Positions 54,110 to 61,779 of a DNA stretch of 61,779 nt are shown here, in pieces. The stretch's first letter is position 1, and every line of letters begins with the position of its first letter. The stretch is taken from the IMG/VR virus record IMGVR_UViG_3300025030_000017, positions 1 to 61,779 of that record, one strand, 5' to 3'. A program made the translations under genes and the position numbers. Under the pieces are notes generated by a model. The model ran no database searches, was not told the origin of the DNA, and saw only the letters and a list, made by a program, of their open reading frames with translations. Source of the DNA: a virus (Duplodnaviria; Caudoviricetes).

Positions 54110-54366
54110 TAACCGATACACGACTTCTAGGTGAGTTGAACGAACTCAAGGATTCGCGCTTCTATGAGCATCTTCTGAAGTTGAAGGAAGACGCCAGCGA
54201 AGAAATCGACAACTCCGCATCTGACAGAGTGGCGAACGTCGCAATCGGCAAACGAAGAATCCTGAAAGAGCTTCTTGAAGAAATCGACAACGCCTTGAAC
54301 AACTTTCAAAGTCTCAAGGCGAAGGAAGCAACCAGCAAAGCAGTGAACATGAGCAAGACATTCTGA
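54106..54366 (+). CDS. Small helical protein following portal
   Basis: 86 aa; conserved slot between portal and scaffold. Confidence 0.6.
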   Translation: MITDTRLLGELNELKDSRFYEHLLKLKEDASEEIDNSASDRVANVAIGKRRILKELLEEIDNALNNFQSLKAKEATSKAVNMSKTF

Positions 54367-54437
54367 CCGGGATTCCGGCCCTCCGGCCCCGGCATTTAAC
54401 ATTGGGATTCGCTTTAAGCGCCCCTTGGAGGCAGTAA

Positions 54438-55394
54438 ATGGAAGATGGAGCAACGAAAGCCAGAAAAGAAAAGGAAAGGTTGATCAAGTTGGAACAGGAG
54501 CGCATCGCAGCGTTGACCGGCGAGACTGACCAGACACCAGAAGTCGAAACCGAAGGGACTCCCGAAGTGGCCCCTGAAGTCGAAACTCCCGTTGTCGAGG
54601 TTCCTCCCGACCAGAAGTACGAAACGCTGTTGGCGAAGTACAACTCTGAAGTCCCCCGTCTCCATTCGTGGAACCGGGAAAAGGACGAGAAGATTGCGAC
54701 CCTGACCAACGAGATCACCACCCTTCAGCGCCAGATCATCGAACTGCAAACGGCATCGGTTCCTGAGACTGATGACGAAGGCAAACCCCTGTACCGCTCT
54801 CCGCACGTCACTGATGAGATCCGGAAATCGGATACCTATCAGTATTACCTCGCGGAGTTTGGTCAGACCTACGCCGAACGTCAAGCCGAAATGTCGATCC
54901 TGGCCGCGCAAAATACGGTCAAGCCCGTCGAGGATAGAATGAACTCGAACGAGGCCGAGACTGCCGAAGAACGATTCCACCGGGAACTCCACGAAATCTG
55001 CCCCGACTGGATCGATGTCAAGCGAGGCATCAACGTAGATCCCGCTTTTGTCGGCTGGCTCACTGAGACGTTTGCGTTGAAGGCGTTTCAGGAAGCGGCC
55101 TACGAAGGCGACATTCACAGCATGGCGAACATCATCAACCGCTTCAAATCAACCATCAAACTACCGGACCCCCCTCCGAAGCGAGAAATACCCGCTCATC
55201 TGGCCGCGCCTGCAAAGATAGGTGGTGGCGCTCAGACAATCATCGAGAACAACAAGGGGAACGTCATGAAAATGACCGACCTTGAAGCCTTGTACCAGGA
55301 CTTTTCACGCGGTCTGTATCGTGGGAAAGAACAGGAGTACGAGGCAAAGAAGCGGGAATTTCTGCAAGCTAAGGCAGAGGGCAGACTGGTTTAA
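54438..55394 (+). CDS. Capsid scaffolding protein
   Basis: Acidic Pro/Glu N-terminus, KYNSEVPRLH coiled coil, PDW..IN.DP.F.GWL, AEGRLV C-terminus; precedes the capsid gene. Confidence 0.8.
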   Translation: MEDGATKARKEKERLIKLEQERIAALTGETDQTPEVETEGTPEVAPEVETPVVEVPPDQKYETLLAKYNSEVPRLHSWNREKDEKIATLTNEITTLQRQIIELQTASVPETDDEGKPLYRSPHVTDEIRKSDTYQYYLAEFGQTYAERQAEMSILAAQNTVKPVEDRMNSNEAETAEERFHRELHEICPDWIDVKRGINVDPAFVGWLTETFALKAFQEAAYEGDIHSMANIINRFKSTIKLPDPPPKREIPAHLAAPAKIGGGAQTIIENNKGNVMKMTDLEALYQDFSRGLYRGKEQEYEAKKREFLQAKAEGRLV

Positions 55395-55405
55395 GGAGAG
55401 TCACA

Positions 55406-56347
55406 ATGTCTGTCAATCGAGTAGCAGGTTATCCCGATCTTTCCAGTTCGGGAGCAAGCGTTTACACCCCTCAGATTTATGCGATGGAGCTTTTGGAGAA
55501 GTTCTACCTCTCCACCGTTTTTGCCCAAATCTCCAATTCCAAGTACGAGGGAAGCATCTCGAAACAGGGCGATAAGGTCATCATCCGGACCCGTCCCGAC
55601 GTGACCATCTTCGATTACGTCAAAGGGATGTCGCTGCGTGAGCATCGGCAGACTCCGGAATCCTCGACAGTCGAACTGTTGATCGACAAGGCAAAAGCCT
55701 ATGCCCTCAACATTGACGACATCGACAAGATCCAGAACGACATCGATGCAATGGCTGCCTGGGCTGAAGACGGCGGGAAGCAGCTTGCCATTTCCATCGA
55801 CCGTTCGATTCTTAATGCAATTGATGCCGACGCTCCCGCTGCCAATACCGGCGCGACTGCCGGCGCAATCTCCGCGTCTTACAACATGGGCGTTACCGGC
55901 ACTCCTGTTGTCATCACCAAAGCCAACGCTCTGGACGTGATTCAGGATATGTGCTCCGTCATCTCCGAACAGAACTGCCCCGACACCGACCGCTGGCTTG
56001 TCCTTCCGGAGTGGTGGTTCAACCTGCTCAACAAAGGCGACCTCAGAAGGGCTGACGTAACCGGCGACCAGACCAACAAGGTCATCCGTAACGGCTACAA
56101 AGGTCAGATTTCCAACTTCGACCTCTACGCCTCCAACAACTACGCCGGGGTTACTGACGGTGCCATGACCTGCTGGAACGTGGTCTTTGGTCACAAGTCT
56201 GCGTTGACCTTCGCTTCCCAACTCATCAAGAACCGCACCTTCCCTGACCCCGATTCCTTCGCCACCATCATGGACGGCCTCCAGGTCTACGGCTATGAAG
56301 TCGTCAAGCCGACCTCCCTGGGCGTCTGCTACGCCGTTAAAGGTTAA
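55406..56347 (+). CDS. Major capsid protein
   Basis: YTPQIY...KFY, YEGSI...GDKVII, L.IDKAK, GLQVYGYEVVKP; strong codon bias. Confidence 0.92.
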   Translation: MSVNRVAGYPDLSSSGASVYTPQIYAMELLEKFYLSTVFAQISNSKYEGSISKQGDKVIIRTRPDVTIFDYVKGMSLREHRQTPESSTVELLIDKAKAYALNIDDIDKIQNDIDAMAAWAEDGGKQLAISIDRSILNAIDADAPAANTGATAGAISASYNMGVTGTPVVITKANALDVIQDMCSVISEQNCPDTDRWLVLPEWWFNLLNKGDLRRADVTGDQTNKVIRNGYKGQISNFDLYASNNYAGVTDGAMTCWNVVFGHKSALTFASQLIKNRTFPDPDSFATIMDGLQVYGYEVVKPTSLGVCYAVKG

Positions 56348-56354
56348 TCTCTTT

Positions 56355-56388
56355 CCCCCCTCGCTTTCATAGGAGGGGGCAACTTTTA
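56355..56388 (+). terminator. Hairpin after the capsid gene
   Basis: CCCCCTC...GAGGGGG followed by a short T-run. Confidence 0.45.
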
Positions 56389-56402
56389 CAGGAGACATAG
56401 TT

Positions 56403-56849
56403 ATGGCAGCTTATCCTTCGACTACGACCGCCGTGAGCACTGAGGCGATTGTTGCCCGTTCTCAGGCGAATCAGCCGTTCATGATCGAGAAGACGTTTGA
56501 TCTTGACACCCTTCTTTCCGCGAAAATCGCCAATGCAGACATCATCAACCTTTTCACCCTGCCGGCAAATCACGTCATTCTTGCAACCAGAATCAAAATC
56601 ACCGTTGCCAACGTAGGGGCTGGCGGGACTTCGACTTTGAAGCTCCGTTTCGGGACTACCGATGTTTCCGCGACTGCCGACATGCTGACCGTTAATACCG
56701 TGGCAACTGGCGGTTCGGCCACGACTGCACTGCCGCTCAACGTCGGGACTTCCGATGTTCTGGTGAATCTCGTCGCCGCTGTCGGTTCCGGCACGACCAC
56801 CACGAATCCCACCGTCTTGGTGAAAATGCTCGTTTGCGACATGAGCTAA
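56403..56849 (+). CDS. Capsid decoration/cement-like protein
   Basis: Beta-rich; directly after the capsid gene; DIINLFTLPA. Confidence 0.65.
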   Translation: MAAYPSTTTAVSTEAIVARSQANQPFMIEKTFDLDTLLSAKIANADIINLFTLPANHVILATRIKITVANVGAGGTSTLKLRFGTTDVSATADMLTVNTVATGGSATTALPLNVGTSDVLVNLVAAVGSGTTTTNPTVLVKMLVCDMS

Positions 56850-56859
56850 GGGGGAGAGC

Positions 56860-57501
56860 ATGGGGGAAATACTCAGAGACATAACATTGGCCGGTGACGG
56901 GGGAACCGTCAACACGCTGGCCTACGATGAGAGAGGCAACAAGCTGATTGCAACCGGCGCTACTGTTCCTGCTGACGCCGGTTCAGGTTACGCAAAAGGC
57001 TGCCTCTTCATCGAAACCGATACCGCAACCGCCAATCACGCACTTCATCAGAACACCGGCACTTCTACTTCCTGCGTCTTTACCGCTCTTGGTGACAATA
57101 CCAAAGCGGTGCAGGTTTCCCCGGCGTCGATAGCAACGACCGGCAACACCGACTGCTACGTTATTGCGCCAACTGCCGGGCTTCTGTCGGAAGTGTTCTT
57201 TTCGTCGATTGACGCACTTGCGGCTCACGACACCAACTACATCACCTTTACCATCACCAACCTCGGACAAGCCGGGGCAGGCAGTACGGTGATGCTGGCG
57301 GCTACTGCTGCTAACACGACAAAAGCCACTGGTGGTTCGGCTCTCGTCGCCAATGGCAAACGGACGCTGACCCTTGCGGCTGCGGCAAATCTGGTGGTTG
57401 CAGCTGGCGACAGGTTGCTGATTCGTTCAGCGGCATCCGGGACTCTGGCAGGTGCAGTGACCGGTGGCACATTCTGCGCGAAGTTTGCTTCAAATGTTTG
57501 A
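56860..57501 (+). CDS. Virion decoration protein, two-domain
   Basis: N-terminal ATGATVP...GYAKGCLFI domain plus Ala/Thr-rich beta domain. Confidence 0.6.
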   Translation: MGEILRDITLAGDGGTVNTLAYDERGNKLIATGATVPADAGSGYAKGCLFIETDTATANHALHQNTGTSTSCVFTALGDNTKAVQVSPASIATTGNTDCYVIAPTAGLLSEVFFSSIDALAAHDTNYITFTITNLGQAGAGSTVMLAATAANTTKATGGSALVANGKRTLTLAAAANLVVAAGDRLLIRSAASGTLAGAVTGGTFCAKFASNV

Positions 57502-57568
57502 TTGTTGAAAGACGGGGAGAAAGCAATTTCTCCCCTGATTTGAGCAACCAAACAAAAGGAGATTCCCG

Positions 57569-57826
57569 ATGAGCGAAATATTTGACGCAATCCAGTTAGG
57601 CGGCGTTCCCGATCTCAAGGGTGGGCAACGCATCAAGACGCTAATCTATGACGACCTGGGGGACATCCTGCTGGCCACCGGCACGACCGTCCCAACCAAC
57701 GCGGGAGTCGGCTTTGCCAAAGGCTGTCTATTCATCGACACGAACGTTACAACCGGGACGACCGGCCTTTACTGCAACAAGGGAACTCGTCTGTCCTGCG
57801 AGTTTACCGCTATCACTCAAGGGTAA
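57569..57826 (+). CDS. Single-domain paralogue of 56860..57501
   Basis: ATGTTVP...GFAKGCLFI...N.GT..SC.FTA. Confidence 0.7.
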   Translation: MSEIFDAIQLGGVPDLKGGQRIKTLIYDDLGDILLATGTTVPTNAGVGFAKGCLFIDTNVTTGTTGLYCNKGTRLSCEFTAITQG

Positions 57827-57828
57827 CA

Positions 57829-58308
57829 ATGGCAACCATCGTAACTAATGGCGAAACAACTGGAATGTCTGACGTTCCGCCTGAATACGGCGTGAAATAC
57901 AAGGCACCTATGAAATCCAAGGAGGCAGCAATGAAAATCGATCTTCAAAACCCACCGAAGTATCTGAAACAGACCACGACCGGACGTATCTATCCCTTTT
58001 CTCCGTTCAAGGCGAATCGTGACGACATGGAACCGTATGAGATGCCTGCCCCTCTCAGCGAAGAAAAGACCGCCGCGCTGGACACCATGATTGATGCAGC
58101 AATTGCACTCAACGAATTGGAAGATGATGCCGCGGAGATAGTTTTTGATCGTCTGGAAATAATCAAGGCTGCAATCGCACAGATTCCCGTTGAGGCTTAC
58201 GGCAAGTCTATCGGCAACAAGCCTGCTCTGCCGAAAGTCAAGGACGTTTCCGACCTGGCCGGCTTCAAAGTATCTGCTGCTGAAATACTGGACATCATCA
58301 AGGGGTAA
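57829..58308 (+). CDS. Hypothetical virion-operon protein
   Basis: YLKQTTTGRIYP...LPKVKDVSDLAGFKVSA; true start may be 57931. Confidence 0.6.
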   Translation: MATIVTNGETTGMSDVPPEYGVKYKAPMKSKEAAMKIDLQNPPKYLKQTTTGRIYPFSPFKANRDDMEPYEMPAPLSEEKTAALDTMIDAAIALNELEDDAAEIVFDRLEIIKAAIAQIPVEAYGKSIGNKPALPKVKDVSDLAGFKVSAAEILDIIKG

Positions 58309-58311
58309 CGC

Positions 58312-61300
58312 ATGAAACGCGGCACTTTACCGATCATCGCAGCTTTTGGGATTATCGCTTGTGTTGAAATCCTCCCTCACGTTTGGGCGGGAGTCGCACA
58401 GCCGGCGAAGACTGATGCCAACAAGATCCAGGGGAAGCGGGTTGAAGCTCCGACTGCTGGCGATGACGGAAGTGCTTTGGTCTACATCAATGCGTCGAGT
58501 GCCTATAAACATCGGCCTAATGCAGCGGCAAGTGTTGCGGGGAAACTCGATGAAGCGACCTTTGCCGCGTATACCTCGCAAGACAGGCTCTTGACATCGA
58601 TATTTGCCGCATATACTTCGATTGAACGCGCAGGTGGTGGTGGGACGTGGGGAAGCATTACCGGCACGCTGAGTGACCAGACTGACTTGAATGAGGCGCT
58701 TGGCGACAAGGTCGATACCTCAGTCTTTGCTGCGTACACCTCTATCGACAGGTCCGGTGTCTCTGCTGAAACCTTTACGAATTACACAAGCCAGGACCGG
58801 GTGACGGTAACAACTTTCTCCCGGTATACCGCCGCAAATAGGTCATGGGGTACGATCACCGGGACGTTAAGCGACCAGACCGATCTTCAGAACGCGCTCA
58901 ATGCAAAACAGGCGACCGTAACCGGGGGAGCAACGACTATAACGGGGAGCGACCTTACCGCAAGTCGGGCGCTTGTCTCTAATACATCAGGGAAAGTCGC
59001 AGCGTCTTCCGTGACCTCGACTGAATTGAGTTATCTGAGCGGCGTAACGTCCTCAGTCCAGACGCAGTTCACCGGGAAGATAGGCACTTCAGCTTCTTTT
59101 GGTGGCGATGTCTCAGGAACGTATGGGGCCATTGTAGTAGGCGACGATACACACAACCACACGTCTTCGACCATCCCTTCCAACTCGTTTACGGCGGCAG
59201 GCCTGGTAACTTCAGGGGCGGGGAATGCCTCGAAGGTCTGGAAGACTGATGGTTCAGGTAATCCGGCTTGGCGAGATGATTTGACTGGTTCAAGTCCGAC
59301 CTTTGACACGGTGGGCGGGGGAACGAATACCTCGTCAACGATGACTTTGGGTTCTGGCGGAACGCTGACTTACTCAGGAACGGGTGTCGTCAATGCTAGC
59401 AAGTACAAGGGCGAAACGGGGCCGAGTGCGGTTGAGTTTGCCTACCTCTCCGACCTCGAAAGCGCGATACTGGAAGTTAATGATGTGGTCAACAACCTGA
59501 CGGCAGGGGGTACGGCTGTACCGTTGAGCGCGGAACAGGGGAGGACGCTGAACACGGCGTTTGTGAACTACACTTCTACCGACCGTCTTGCAAAAGCATC
59601 ATTCACTTCCTACACTTCCGCCCACAAAACCGCCGACGATCACCCCCAGTACCACAACGACACGCGGGGGGATGCGCGGTATAAAGCTCCCTTTGATGCT
59701 TACACCTCGGTGGATAGAGTAACTAGAACAACCAATGAAACAATCACTGGCAGGAAAACTTTTCAACCCTCCGCAACAACAACCACATCATCTGTGTATA
59801 TAAACAGAGACGCTAACTATACAGGCGGGGATGCTGGGTACGTCAACTCTGGTTTATATGTATTTGATGCGGTTAGAGCAGGAACTACAGCCTATGAATG
59901 GGCCATAACTGGTGTAGTTGATAATTATGGGTCTGGTGAAAACGTAGGCGTATATGCTCAAGGCAGAAAAAGTGCCGCCAGCACAACCACCTGGGGCGGA
60001 GTATCTGAAGCTAAAGATTTTACGGCAGATAATACCGGGACTCTCATAGCCCATGAATTTGATATAGAAGCTGATGGGGATGATGTAACTGGAACTGATA
60101 ATTCAGGGAACCGTGTAGGCCTAGATGTTTTTGCAAAGCGTCACGGGGAATCCGGAACTGCTGAGATTGGTAGTGGACTAAGGCTAAATGCAGTAAACAA
60201 TTCAAAATTTAGAAATGGAATAAAGACACGCGGCGAAATAACTAACGGGATAGTTTTAAGTAATACCGGCACAATAGGCATAGATATTTCGGGGGCAACA
60301 TTATCTGGTAATGCTATCAAATTATCATCTACGCAAACCATAGGAGATGGAACTAATAGTTATACCATTGCTCAATTGGCTTCAGGAGGTGCAGCGTCTC
60401 CGCTTAGTTTGGTTGCAGATGGGGCTAGTAGTCTTATTTTTGAAGATGCCTATGGCACTGCCTCTGTTGCTGCTGTGAACGGTAGAAAATCAAACGGTTC
60501 GTTGGCTAGTCCAACAGCAGGCACTTCAGGACAAACAGCATTTAGACTATCAGGCTTTTCCACCTATGACACATCAGGAACGTTTCGAGAGGGAGGAAGA
60601 GTAAAATATTATCTTTTGGAAAATTGGAGTGCCAGCGCTGGTGGCATGGCAATCGAATTTGATTATACGCCAATAGGGGCAACATCTATAGTTCCGGGGC
60701 TGACCATTGGTGATAGTGAGGCGGTTATAACATCTAAGGGTAGAACAAGCGGAAGTACAGACTACACGCTAAAACTTAAAGATTCTTCAGCCGCTACAAT
60801 ATTTTCCGTAAGGGATGATGGGGCTGTTACATCTTCTGCACAGATTGAATCAACCTCCGGAGGTTTTAAACTCCCAGACGGGACAATAATTGATGCTGCC
60901 GCCGATTTAGGTGGTGCCGGAGCAATGCAATACAGCGCTATCGTATCGTACGGAGACGGCCAAAACCCCTCTGTAGATGATTTTGGGAAGGTGGTTATTT
61001 TTACAGCAGGCACATCGCACACTGTCCCGCAACTAATAAGTACTGGTACAACTTATACGGCCACGCCAAAACGAACATTACTGGTAAACGATACAACCTC
61101 AAGCATGACTATCGACAGTGCCTCTGCCGGAGACTATTTTAACATTGACGGTACACGCAGTAATTCAGCGTGGACTTTAGGTGCTAGAAAGAGCGCAGTA
61201 TTAGTCCCGCTAGATTCGACAACAGGTAGTTATCAAGTAGAAGGTTACACAACTACAGCAACTGTCACGGCATCAGGCACATACACTCCAACAGCAGTTT

Positions 61301-61617
61301 CAGTAAGTAACTTAGACTCCACTCCAACCCCGACAGTGGCGAGATATATTAGAGTGGGGAATACCGTTACCGTGGCGGGTCGGGTAAGTATTGATCCAAC
61401 AGCAGGCGCGCCAACATCTACAACGTTTAACCTGTCAACTCCTATAACAACATCATTTACACAGGTATACAACGCAACCGGCCCAGCAACTTCTCTATCT
61501 AGTGGAAGCGGTTTTGTCAGGGCAGCAACATCGAGCAGCAACGTACTATTTAATATCAACGCTTCAAACACATCAGCTTTTGATGTGTACTACCAGTATT
61601 CATACGATATTGAATAA
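58312..61617 (+). CDS. Second tail fibre / mosaic receptor-binding protein
   Basis: 1101 aa Thr/Ser/Gly-rich; WGxITGTLSDQTDL twice, LSAEQG, DDHPQYHNDTRGDARY, C-terminal GTYTP...ARYIRVGNTVTV. Confidence 0.8.
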   Translation: MKRGTLPIIAAFGIIACVEILPHVWAGVAQPAKTDANKIQGKRVEAPTAGDDGSALVYINASSAYKHRPNAAASVAGKLDEATFAAYTSQDRLLTSIFAAYTSIERAGGGGTWGSITGTLSDQTDLNEALGDKVDTSVFAAYTSIDRSGVSAETFTNYTSQDRVTVTTFSRYTAANRSWGTITGTLSDQTDLQNALNAKQATVTGGATTITGSDLTASRALVSNTSGKVAASSVTSTELSYLSGVTSSVQTQFTGKIGTSASFGGDVSGTYGAIVVGDDTHNHTSSTIPSNSFTAAGLVTSGAGNASKVWKTDGSGNPAWRDDLTGSSPTFDTVGGGTNTSSTMTLGSGGTLTYSGTGVVNASKYKGETGPSAVEFAYLSDLESAILEVNDVVNNLTAGGTAVPLSAEQGRTLNTAFVNYTSTDRLAKASFTSYTSAHKTADDHPQYHNDTRGDARYKAPFDAYTSVDRVTRTTNETITGRKTFQPSATTTTSSVYINRDANYTGGDAGYVNSGLYVFDAVRAGTTAYEWAITGVVDNYGSGENVGVYAQGRKSAASTTTWGGVSEAKDFTADNTGTLIAHEFDIEADGDDVTGTDNSGNRVGLDVFAKRHGESGTAEIGSGLRLNAVNNSKFRNGIKTRGEITNGIVLSNTGTIGIDISGATLSGNAIKLSSTQTIGDGTNSYTIAQLASGGAASPLSLVADGASSLIFEDAYGTASVAAVNGRKSNGSLASPTAGTSGQTAFRLSGFSTYDTSGTFREGGRVKYYLLENWSASAGGMAIEFDYTPIGATSIVPGLTIGDSEAVITSKGRTSGSTDYTLKLKDSSAATIFSVRDDGAVTSSAQIESTSGGFKLPDGTIIDAAADLGGAGAMQYSAIVSYGDGQNPSVDDFGKVVIFTAGTSHTVPQLISTGTTYTATPKRTLLVNDTTSSMTIDSASAGDYFNIDGTRSNSAWTLGARKSAVLVPLDSTTGSYQVEGYTTTATVTASGTYTPTAVSVSNLDSTPTPTVARYIRVGNTVTVAGRVSIDPTAGAPTSTTFNLSTPITTSFTQVYNATGPATSLSSGSGFVRAATSSSNVLFNINASNTSAFDVYYQYSYDIE

Positions 61618-61655
61618 TGTACCAACCCCACGAACGAGCATCCTGGCAAACGAAC

Positions 61656-61779
61656 TTCAAACACTGTGAGGAGGTGGCTGTGCAGGAAGAATATAGAGGA
61701 CCGGAGCGGCGGGGAGCGGGGGATAGGAAGCTGACCGAAGCCGACATTGAGGCGATCAAGGCGGCATTTTCTGACCATC
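61656..61779. repeat. Terminal direct repeat, right copy
   Basis: Identical to 1-124. Confidence 0.97.

Noticed and set aside
55391-56398. Long antisense ORFs opposite the capsid, portal and other virion genes
   Set aside because: Shadow ORFs explained by codon bias; no RBS or recognisable motifs

Overview
A complete, circular-mapping tailed-phage genome of about 61,655 bp; bases 1-124 are repeated exactly at 61656-61779. The gene set is podovirus-like: TerS/TerL, portal, scaffold, capsid, decoration proteins, two tail fibres, adaptor/nozzle, five internal (ejection) proteins including a 1815-aa giant, and a GH19-type endolysin cassette. It also has a RecE/RecT/RuvC recombination operon, lambda-type O + DnaC + DnaB replication with iterons, a MoxR-AAA/vWA-metallopeptidase early operon, a short tyrosine recombinase and three free-standing endonucleases. 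I found no tRNA, CRISPR array, reverse transcriptase or clear CI repressor. The most striking unexplained structure is a set of integron attC-like sites scattered through the accessory regions. All are inverted relative to the genes they bound, several have complementary cassette-end R boxes, and the genome encodes no IntI. Other highlights are a sigma54-type promoter with IHF and DnaA boxes at the head of the early operon, two small genes overprinted inside the giant ejection protein, and duplicated promoter-RHH-endonuclease modules. There are also three promoter leaders with a shared loop-pairing RNA architecture, a polarised GTGACCGGC motif cluster, and several candidate structured ncRNAs. 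All protein calls come from motif recognition by eye and gene order, not database searches.
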